From NCBI GenBank assembly GCA_051294905.1, contig CM119377.1, positions 992,001 through 1,056,000 of the forward strand: a stretch of DNA of 64,000 bases. Direction: 5' to 3'. A model generated the notes under the pieces. The model ran no database searches and was not told the origin of the DNA. It saw only the letters and a program-made list of their open reading frames with translations. The translations under genes were made by a program, and so were the position numbers. Position 1 is the stretch's first letter, and the number at the start of each line of letters is the position of its first letter. This document shows positions 50,001 to 62,000 of this stretch, one piece after another. The DNA comes from Botryllus schlosseri. Lineage: Eukaryota.

Positions 50001-53000
50001 AGTGATCTAATAATAGTCTCGGGCGGCTTATATATATACAAAAATCCGGTGTGAGAATTGATCGATTTCACGATACAAATTTCAATTACATTAAGAGAGA
50101 ATCTTATTTGCGGAGTGGAAGTGGAATTCGCTCCATATCACGAAGAGCCTGATGAACAGGATTTGCGTAAATTGTACTTGAAACATTATCGAGAGTACCG
50201 TGGTAAAGCAAAGAAAAAAGAGATCGATGACAATCCAACCATTGCGCTTTCCAAGCTGGTCACCGATCGGTCTGGACCGGAGGAGGAGCAAAAAGTAGAA
50301 TTAAAGTGAGTCTGTTTGGTGATATAAACTAATATATTATTGACATAGGTGATCACTACTGAATTACTTTTACTTTTTCAAAGTACTCAAGAAGTCTTCC
50401 GTGACTTTCAGTAATTACTCAAGTAAATCTAATATACTCACGCTTCTACTATATCCTTTGCTAGTTGCTAGTTACCCCCGAGTGTCAGTCAAAAATATTC
50501 GGGATTATTTCAATATCAATATACTATTCAATCATCATATTTTGTGACTTACTTGCATACTTTTAGCTATTCGCAGTTTGACGTATTATGTTCTTCCAAT
50601 AAGAGAAATGTTTTTGTGGAGAATCTAGATTCTAGAATTTGTGCATATGGAGTAACAGCTTCATTTCAGTTTTCAGGTTTTAATGGTCCATGACACTCTT
50701 GTTTATAACTTCTCTTCAATACTACTTACCTACTTGTGTAGTTTTCAAAGACCGCTAATTGTACTTCTACTCATGTAGTTTTGGGCTGAAAGACAGTTTT
50801 ATGCATACGCAAGATGAATATCTTTTACATTAAAAATCAAGAGATGGCTGAAAAAAACTGCAACCATTTTACAGATTCAAGCAAAAAACATACGTTCATC
50901 ACCGTGCCATGAGAGATGTTTGGAGATCGTTCGAACCTAAACAGAAAGAAACGATCGTTTCATGTTTGAGTGAAGTCGACTCGCTCTACAGCAATGCGTT
51001 CGGTCTACATGTCGCCATTCTCACCAATGAAGGACGGGGGAAGCCACAAAAATTTGTGTTCACAAAGAGATCTGACCGACCAGGTTTCCATCATTCCCTT
51101 GAAATATCATATTATGTTGACTGCTAACCTGTGCTCAGGATGATCGGACCGCGATGATCCGAGTGCTGGAATCCAAATCGAGTATTAATTTCAATGCAGC
51201 GGTCGTCAAACTTTATTAAACAGGCCCCCTTGATGACAGTGAAAAATTCCGCAACCCCCGTTATCGTCATAGCGAAAAAGAGCAATCACAATGTTTGCAA
51301 CCTCAACGCAAAGTTTGATGGCCTGGAAGGTTATCAATGTTGAGAGACCTCTCGAATATGAAGTGTGGACTAAACAGACCAACAATTATGAGCTGGAAGC
51401 AAATCGTGCGAAGCGAAAAAAAACTTTTGGCTGTCGTGAAATGTGCTTCTTGAGAGTGGCACTCTACAAAATGTTTCCCAATTCAGTATGAACTCAAAGT
51501 GACGACTTCGACGTTCTAAGTCACTTTGATTTATATTCTATCTTCAAAAGATTCAAAAGTCGTATTATAGCCTACATGGCATATGACATGACCTGTCTTC
51601 ATAGTTTCTACGCACTCAGCACAGATGCTTGACAGACAGACCATAAGCATCAGCTAACACACCTACACTAGCGCTGTTCAAAAATAACTCTTATTCTAGA
51701 TTCCAGTCATTCGGTGATTAAACTGTAAGGTTACCTCAAAAAACGCACACCAAATTTGGTTCAATTCTAACGAGTATAAGACTCCGCAGATCCAATTCAA
51801 ATTTTTAATTTACTAGAGAAAATTAAAAAAAAATTCAAATTTTTCTGTCAATCCCATGAAATTGTTAAGCTGTCTTCAAAGACAATGCCAAACAAATTTG
51901 ACTCAATTCCAACTAGTATTTGAGTTTTTCGTTGATAATTCTCGGATTATCCTTGATTGGTAGATAATCCGAGAATCTAGCATCGGTGTATGGATAGCAC
52001 GACGGTGCCAAGACATTTAGAATCAAGATATAATTAGGATCATTGCCGTTATTGAAACTTGCGGATTCGAAACTCATTTCAAGATCATATACTCCATTTC
52101 TCTAAGGCGACTTCGCGCCTCCCTTCAGTTACTTGCACCAAGGTGGGCGTGGCCGCCAGTTTGAGAACTGTTCTTGTTCTAATGTTTGGAGTCGAGCAGT
52201 GTGAGATGAATTTTTTGAGTAACGAAATTAGATGTTCCTTGCCAGTAAAAGTTTAGTTTCCTACAAGAATTATAATTTTGATACTATTTTCAAGTGTAAA
52301 CCTCCATTGGTCATATCGCAGCATACGAAACATGTAGTACAAAGCAACCTACAGTAATGGAAATGGCATAGCATTGTCACAAAGTGAAATGAAATAGGTA
52401 TGGTAAAAAAATAACAAATTATCTTTAATATGTAGTCGCGAATAAGGTACTGCATATTTGAACTTCCCACATTAGTCATAATGTTGTGACATCGTAATAA
52501 GTGATACTCAAATACTCCACTTGATGCCTTATACCCGATCGAATCACTCGGGTTCTCGAATTTGCCCTGCCCTAACCGTGACCTGACATATTCATTTCGC
52601 ATAGCGACACATGCCACTTCAATTTCAACGAACACAAACCGTTCATGATTCTCCAACGAACATGTCACTAAAAGCTCATCATTGATGACCGCTATTTTGA
52701 TTCAAGGGGTTGCCAGTCCTGGTTCTTTCACATGCGGAGCAGTGGAAAGTTGCTCCGTGAAAGATTTTCTGAAACCAGACGCTCGTTCTGAGCTTGTGCC
52801 CAATGCAGTGGAAGGGCTGGAGTATATTTCGTTGCTCGATACCGCTGCTAGAGGATTGATAGAGGTTAGTTTTTAATTTAATGGCAATCATCATATGATC
52901 AATGTTCCAGCTATCACTAATATGAATCATGGTATGGATATTGTAAGTTTTACGAGATTCTATTTGCCTTGATCTTTGTATTAGAATGAGTTACTGGAAT

Positions 53001-56000
53001 CAGTCGTTTGTTTACACTGTACTACAGTCTATAAAAACTAGAACAAGACACGCTATAAAGATATATATACCACTCGCGGCACACTAACAACAGAAGAAAA
53101 GCTGCTTTAAAAATGATTTTCATGTGTTACTGCAATAACTGTGCTTGTTTTTACGAACAGTCAAGCTTATACGAGTGAAACATGGTTGCATTCCTGACAA
53201 ACATACCCTCATTTTGTCATCAATCCTAGCAGTCTCTCTGATTTATTTCTTTTGATTTCAATCAAAACAGAAAAGCCAACTTCACATTGCCATGGAGATG
53301 GAAATGGCTATATCATTTTGATTGCTATTAGACTGATAATGGAATAGGAATGAAAGCAAACGGCCAAATTAGTTTCTTTGTTTTAAAAAATGTTGTAGAT
53401 CTCTTTTGAGTTGCATATTCTTGTTTAATGTCGGTATGCCTTATTTTAAATATGTGATTCTTATCCGAGAATCGCGGCACAACTGAGAATCTGCGGCTAG
53501 TTTGGGGATCACTGGTCTACTTTCTCTCGACAGCAATACTGAACTTCATTGATACCAGCTATAAATACTAATTCTTGCTTCACTTTTTAGGAATTGGGAT
53601 TGCCGTTGGAAGGCTCTGATAAAGAAGCCATCACTTTGAATACAATTTATTTGAAATTTGACAACCATGAATGGGGAATGTGTGGATTTGTGGACCTCAC
53701 AAATGAGCAGGTTGTTATATGAATATTACTTCATTGAGCCGATAGCGAACAATATGTCATCGCTGTGGAATCAAAGTAGCTTATGCAGATTATTTTGAGA
53801 ATTTTAACGTTATGTAAAGTTTTCATTTTCTTTGGCCATGGTTAGCTTTAAAACAATATGACAGACATAAGCATGGCCAAGATATGGCAAAAAATATGAA
53901 AATATTACAAAAAAGTTGATATGCTATCAATTTGAACAATGGACAATCAATGATATATACATATGGTTGCCATATTTTGGAAATAAATTTACTGCGAGTT
54001 TGTAGTTGGCTGACTAAAAAAAAGTTTGTCATTTTTATTCGACTCCAAATTTACCCACTTTTTACTTGAATTTAGTGGTGCTGGTATTGACTAAAAAAAA
54101 GGCCATCTCCTGAAATACCCACTTTCCATGATGTTTTCCGTTGGTTGACTAAAGAAAAAGGTCATCCTTCTGGCTCAGCTCCTGAAAAACTCGCCGGACC
54201 GTTACTTGAGTGCTGATTTCCTATATCTCATCCCAATTTTAATTTAAAAAAGAGGGCAAATTCTCAAAAAATAGGACATTTGGGCGTCCTCCGAGGACAC
54301 TTTCAAAAAAGAGGACAAATCCTCTTGAAAGACGACGTATGGTAACCCAATATATACATAACTTGTGTTTCTCAAACTTATTCACTGTCAGATCCGCTAT
54401 TTAGGCCTTGAGCTTGACGGGAGCCGTATGATCATAATTGAAAGTGATATAATTCTTAAATAATTAATAGGATCTGCAACTAATTGTACATCAGTCATTG
54501 CCCAAGTAATCAAGCTCATTGAAAACATGTGATGTTAAAAGTTTCAAGTCAATGTCATGACTCAGCATCCACTGTAGATTGGGATCAAAACCTGACGTTG
54601 ACCTACTTTATGAAAAATCTTAACTAATTTTGCTGATTTAACCAGTTGTCAGAAAATACATTTTGGAAGTTAGGGTGCATAAAAGCAGGTTCCTCATTCT
54701 ACATCCGTTAATGCAGATTTGAAATGCTGATTAACTTTTAATCATGGAAACAAAATACTTTGATTTTCTTGCGTTCCTTTCATTTCAAGACCTTACAAAG
54801 TAGTGAGGCTATGATAGCTTCATCTTTGGCAGAGAATGAATGAATCCTATATTTGCTGCTCTGTAGCCCTTATCTATGTTACCATTTATCCATTTTTTTC
54901 AGATTCGCGAAGAAAATAGATTCAGCTTCGAAAACCTCAACTACGCTTTCACATCTGGACCGAAAGATAAATTTGAGCATAGGGAAATCTACGGAGTTGA
55001 CTTTGAGCTACGTAACATGGTCGAGTGGATAAGAGAGAACCACGATAAGCTTGCAAGTTCAGCTAAAATTGTTGTTGTGAAAGTGCTTGAGGCATTCTTC
55101 GGAGTTGCGCCAGTCGCCAGCGCTTTTGCAAGGAAGATGTAGCGCCAGGGTTGTAAGGTAACCAAGTCACATGGTTCCGGGTGACAAGTCGATTTCACTT
55201 TTAGATAAAAGACATTTCCCGGTCCTATTTTCCAAGTATTACCAATCCGTGATCTGACATATCGATTTCGCCTACTGACACATTCCAATCGTTCATTTCA
55301 TCATTTTACATTTTATGATATCTTCTTTTACTTTCCGTTGAGTGTAAATCTACATGTCTTTTATATGTTCTTTCATTAGGCCAGGGTGGGTATTTGATTG
55401 GAAGACTTATCCCAAGTCGTTCCTCTACCTTCCTATTTTTTGACTGTATCACGGTGTTGGTGGTGTTTTGAAACGATGAAATTGTATGTAAGAATAAAAA
55501 TGTATACCCAGAACGTGCATAAGTGCAATCTACACATTCATAACCACTGGAGGATGCAGATGTGCAAGAAAACACAAACTCTATGTATTGAGGTAGACAC
55601 TAGACAGTTAACAATCAGTTATCAACCGTATCACAAAGGTTAGTGAGTGACAGAGCGTGTTTGGCCATACAATGTTTACAAAGCAGACTTGGACATCATT
55701 CTATGGTTATCAAATTAATGAAATGTTTCTTTTTCTAATTTAATATGGGAAATGTTTCTATGCACTATTTTTAATTAGAATATAATTTCTGCTTTTTCCG
55801 TAAATGCTACAGCTAGAACTGCAAAGTGAATAACGTACCAAGCTTGCTCTCATTTTGATTGACTGACTCGATTCAATTTCCAAGTTTCCGGGAACTCGGT
55901 AATTATAATGTAATCTGGAAAAACTACATAGCTGTAATGATTGAATAGTATATTCATATTGAAGTGAACCCGAATATTTTCGGCTGACACTCGTCAGGGG

Positions 56001-59000
56001 TCATCGTCAGCAACTAGAAGTGAATCAATTGGAAAGAGCATTTTATATCAACAATCGTATCACAAAACATGACGTCACCAGCATGAAATTTCGAATGTAT
56101 ATTGAAGTTCTGTACCTCCAATAAGCTCTTCGTAGCTATAATACATAATTTGAAGAGCTTCTTGGAGGTACAGAACTTCAATATACAATTGAATGGTATA
56201 TTCCTATTGAAATGAACCCGAATATTTTCGGCTGACACTCGTCAGGGGTAATCGTCAGCAACTAGTAGGGAATTGGAAAGAACATTGTATATCAACAATT
56301 TGAAAAAATCTGTAGATGTAATTCTAATCTGATGTAGAAAGCATACCTACTGTGACTTGGTATAGGCGACAATGCGGTGTGAACGGAACCACGCAACCCC
56401 GTATCTGAATTATATTCAGCGATACTTTCGTTAAAACATATTTGCCACTCCATATCTACTGTGCGCGAAGCGCAACGAAAATTCTGGGTATTACATGACT
56501 TTTGTGAAAATTAAATGTTGGTACTACGTGAAAACAGCCCCGAAATTCCTTACGCTATATTCCTTATTGGGGGATTAAACTACTTCTATTTCACAAACTA
56601 AAAATAGCGAAAAGTAAGTAGTTCACAAAATATAACGAAGTAGAAGTAGAAGTAGCGGAAAAAGATCTACTTGAGTAAGTACCAGAAGTAGTGGAAAACT
56701 ACCTGAGTACTTCGAAAAAGTAGAAGTACTTCGTTACTGACCACCTCTGATTTTGTGATACTATTGTTGATATAGCCTACATATAATATACACAATGTTC
56801 TTTCCAATTTCGCTAGTAGTTGCTGACGAGTGTCAGCCGAAAATATTCGGATTAATTTCAATATATTATTCAATTCTACATTGAAGTTCAATATCTCCAA
56901 CAAGCAGTACAAGCTCGTCAAATGAACCCAATTTAACTCAACTTAATCTGGAAACGATTGCCGGGAATTCCCCAGGTGGTGCCGGCGGTGCAGTGCAAAC
57001 AATGCTTGTGAGTGAGGACTGGTGGTCGTCTGTCAAAGTGAACCTGTAAAATTGCAAAAAGAAGCATTGTCACCATTTCTCTAGGAAATTACCAATCGCA
57101 GCTTGAAGGTTATAACTGCTGCAGGCGAGACGATGCATAAAGAGGGTGTGCAGCACATCAGGAGACACGCCCCTAACTCGAGTAGTTCCTCTTTTCCACC
57201 AACACCTCGGCTCATTCCCAGACTGTATTATCGTGTTCAATAATACCAACCTTTTGCAGCCGAAGGTTGTATATTATACCGGTAAATACCATTGCAATCG
57301 CACGGAGTTGATGCTAAGTGTTTTCATAAAGCCAACTAGAGATAGCATCGCCTGTTAGGCGGAGTGCCTAGCGGTTTAGCAGCAAAGGCAACTTTAGGGG
57401 GACATATGTATTTGGATAGTATGTCAATATGAATAATGACTATGACCATTATTCTCTCTTAACTCATATGAGTATCCTATTTTGCACTTAGCGTCCGTCT
57501 TATTGGTTAATCGTAACTTAATAATCGTCAGACGTCAGATTATATATATTTTCATCGGACAGCATACACAATGTACAGCAGGATAAGACACAATGCACAG
57601 ACAGATAGGAGGATGTAATGAAGAGATAGAGGATGCCTAAGCGACCAGTAATGGTCTCTTAATCTGCCATCCACCTCGGCCTTTAGTGCCCGATATCAAT
57701 TGTTTGATGTCTTATTTATTTATGTAAATCATTAATAGACCATCTCCTTCAAACTATTTATTCAGCGCTGCTGGCTGCTGCTATGATCATTTTAAAAAAT
57801 ATTGTGATTCCTATTTGATAATGAATGAACTATTGATGTATACAAAGAATATTATACTGTTATCCATCTGCCGAAATTGGCAAGGAACGATTATCGATAC
57901 AGTTTTTGCAATAATTTTGTACTATGTTAGGCTAGTTAATGAATGTTTTGTTTGCCTTTGCAGTTCTGGAGAAAATTGATATTATAGACATTGCTGATAT
58001 ATCGTTTCATCGAGGAAAATGCCTCTTGAAAAGGTTCCAAGCCAACCAGAATCTGACACCATTCCTGGAAGTGAGATATATCAAGCGTTTTGGTACCTCC
58101 TAATAGTCTAATTTACAGAATGATGATGGAAGCAAAGATCTCGAATTTAATGTGTTGCTTTGGCTACTGTATATAGTCTAGTAGCTGTGACTCTCAGACC
58201 TGTACAAACTACCAATGCAGTTAGTTGACTACTGTTTCTTTGAATAGTTCTAGTTCTAATTGCGGATTTTGGAAAGTGATTAGTTCTATAGTTGCAGTGA
58301 CGTATTTTGAAAATAATTCAGTTGTAAAACAACTTGAAGACACGTGTTATCATCGCACATGAATTGCGATTCCAGTGCTCTGGGTTTTTGGGTCGAAATC
58401 CCACCCATTTCAAACATGAAAGCCCGTCCTTTTGAAATTACGATTCTATCTCAAATGTTTTTGCAATTCATTAATTCGTTTTACCAGTTATTAGTTAGTT
58501 GTGTATTTTTAAAGGTCGTTAGTTCTAGTTCTGCGTTTTGAAAAGTGACTAGTTTTGGTTGTGCATTTTGAAAATCAAGTTGATTGAACAAGTCTGGTTG
58601 CTGTACCAAGGTCAAGGTCTGCATGTTCCTAACAAACTGACAGTGAATATTTTGTCTTCATTTTATAGATATATTACATCAATGCAGTATGGACCACTGT
58701 GGTCAGTCAGAAAATAGGCCACCCACCATGTGTAATTTGACGTGTTACTTTTAACAGTGACGAATGAGTTTTGATCACCCTCTCACCTGCTCTGCCATCC
58801 TCATGTATTTGAAATCTTCTTGAACTCATTACATTAATTTTGCACCCAGAGATATTTTCTTACCCGTTTAATTTGCATGTAACATACGCAAATTGCTTGT
58901 CATAATTTTGGCGACCAGATATTATAGTTTCTAAATATCCTGTGCTTTTATCGTAAGCTAATCCCTGATACCATCATTTACGGGTGTAGCATCAATTCAC

Positions 59001-62000
59001 AGATATCATGATCTTCAACCATCCAGATGATAAGAATGCTTGGATAAAAATTGCGCCAGAATCTTTAGATGATCCCACCGATCAGGTAAGCAACAGTTTA
59101 GCTGAAATATGTTTCACTTCGTATTATTTCCACCAACTTCAATTCGACAATTATATTCTCAATCAATTTTTTTTCACAATTTATTAGGACCAGAAGCCGT
59201 ACATCAATTTGGAAAATTGGATCAAACAGCAATTCGCTGGTGCAGAGAGATTGCTAAAAAACCTCAAATTTATAAAAAGGTGTCTGGTTGGTCGCTCTGA
59301 ATACGGTGAGTCTTCATAACAGTAGGCCTATTTGTTGTGTCAACAAATGTGTGCCAGTACTAGGCAACTAATATCTTGAAATACAAAGTACTTATATAGA
59401 AATACACGGTAAATAGGCTAGTTATTTTGTGTTGGTCACTTCAATTTAAAAAACTAGCCCCCTCTACTTTTTGACAATACTTATTTGGATAATTTTCAGA
59501 CTTCTCACTTTCAACACATTTGAAATTGGTATTTCTATGTTTAATTGAAACGAAACTTACGGTATTACTTGTAGTCTACTAGAGTAGAAATGCTGACTAT
59601 TTTGACCTCCTTTATTGTCTTGACAGTGCTGTCAATGATTAGGGCCTAATTTGATTATTATCCGAACTTTGGCCAATAGACAAGTGTGCGGTACAACTTC
59701 TTTGCCCTACACATCTATGTCATATTTATTAACCTTCCAGTACCTTTCTCCACCAACATCATGATTGTTCTGAGATATCTGAAGTAATACCCAGGGCTCG
59801 GCGGCCTCAGTGGGACATTTTTGATAACTTACTAGTTGGAGTTGCACTTTTCAAATCGCAAGAGTGTGAGGCAGGGCAAATTTACATTGGCGTGAGTCGT
59901 GAGCAAGATTTTCAAACCCCTAATTGTATAGTAACATCCAAGCGGATTCATAATTGCAATTCAGTTTCACAAAAGTCATATTTGCAAATTTGAAATGTCA
60001 TAGTCATAGTAGGCCCAGCGATTTTAATATTGCGAGAAATTTATACAACCCCACTTGATAGCACATATGTACACTTGTACAGTGTACACACGTAGCGATG
60101 CAAAAGTTCTAAATTGTATTTCAGAAGCTGAAGAAGTCAGCGTGCAGAAATTTGTCTGGTTGACAAGATGCTTTGGTCCATTTTCTAGAACTCCAGAAGG
60201 GAATTCCTGTTTCTTTCTCAAGCAGGTGAGGACGACTCTATGTATGAATCCCACTTATAATGTGATGTGAAAGAGTTTTTTTTTGCTAAATAGGCGGTAT
60301 TTTTGTGGATAGCCATCATCAATCCGCTTCCACTTCCTGTGATTTTATAATGACATCACATCGTGATTAAATGAATAAAAGTTATGAGGAATGTGTTACT
60401 GGCACATGCTGTTCTCATGCACATATCTGTGCGTTAGGATTGTTCAAAAATAACTATTTTGTCAGGTTACGGTTTGTTAGGTTGCCTAAAAAAACGCTTC
60501 ATAGTTCACACCAAAATTGTCTCGACCACAACTAGTAGATGTGAACGCACAAGAGTTCGAAACTTTTGAAGTTAATGTAAAAAACTTGAAAAAATTTTTT
60601 GCGCACTTCCAACTGATAGAAGCAAAGTTATTACAGTTGAAAATTTTGGATTTGCAAAAATAGCCTGGACGGCGGGTGATCCCAGAATTATGAAGGAAAA
60701 GCTCAGAAAACTTCGCTTTTACGAGTTGGAATTGTGTCGATTTTGTTTTCCGTCGATTTTGTAGACAACTCAGCAATTTTATGGGGTTGACAGTAGCATT
60801 TGATTTTTTATTTCTTCGTAATAATTTATGTAAAACTACTATGGAATATGGATAACACAAGACTATGATTCCTCAACAGGTTACAACAACAGAGATTCAT
60901 TCCGTTGGATGCATATGCATTGTAATACGATTTAACAGTTATTCTATGGCAAGAGCTATTGACTCCTGATGGAATGGCAATGTGGTACGGTATTTATGGA
61001 GAGTGAAAAATCGAATCTCATTATCATGAATAATTCCAATACAATTTTTTTTTAAATATTGGAGCCAACTGATTAGTGTCTGATTTCAAGTCTTTGTAGA
61101 TTACCATGCTAGAAGTAGGGCTGAGTAAAATCGTGTTCCACTCCTCACGACCTCAAACCAGTATGAAGGACTTCCGAAGTTTCCGAAGCACCTTTATTAG
61201 AACCAAAAAGAAAAGAATGTCAGTTACACACAGAACAATTTGGTGTTTCTATGCTTGGATCAATGCTTATCGGAAATCTCATTTCCACGAACATACACGC
61301 TGTGCAGCCCTGTGCTGCAATAAGCTACATATTTTTGAATTTGGGGCCCGACCCATCTAGGTTTCATGTTCAATTTTCGATCTTTAATTCTTATCCAATC
61401 AATATGTCACAAGGTTGCGATACAATGAAAAGATAGGAAGGTGGTGAAACGACTTGGTGTAGTCTTTAAATCAGACACCCACCTTGGGCTAGGCGAAGTA
61501 ATGAGGAGCCATGCACAATGAATGAAAAGCACTAGATCTAGAAGATAACATAGAAAGGCAAAACGACAAAACGAGGTGGCGAGATCGATACATCAGATCG
61601 TGGTCCAGTAATCACAAGATCTGGCTAGTATAGTATTTTTTCAATCGAGCCTGATTGCATTTCGATTTGAATGTTGACATGCTCGTCGACTGTCAGATAG
61701 ACAGAGAGATATTGTTCCACACTACAGATGGAGCAATGATCATTTAGGTTGACCATAATATAGTTCGACAACGAGGATGCGTACGTTTGTTGTACCTATG
61801 CCGACAAGATAGCGTAATGGTGAAGCGTCCGGCTTCTTGATCGGTAGGTTGTGGGTTCGATCCCCGGCCGGGTCAGACCAAAGACCTGATTAGTAACACT
61901 GGCATCCATGACTTCCCTGCTTGGCGCTCATGCATTACTGGGATGGCATGGAGGGGTGGTGCAAGACTTAGAAAGCCGTAAAAAGCTATATCTGTACCTT

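Noticed and set aside
50875-51329. OTU-like protease reading (YSNAFGLHVAIL..PVIVIAKKSNH)
   Set aside because: No DGNC-type catalytic Cys motif, and the His-containing stretch is not phase-compatible with the upstream exon.
52435-52706. Plus frame interrupted only by TGA codons (selenoprotein or mitochondrial code)
   Set aside because: The TGAs are what His codons on the opposite strand produce. There is no mitochondrial-like product and no SECIS was recognised.
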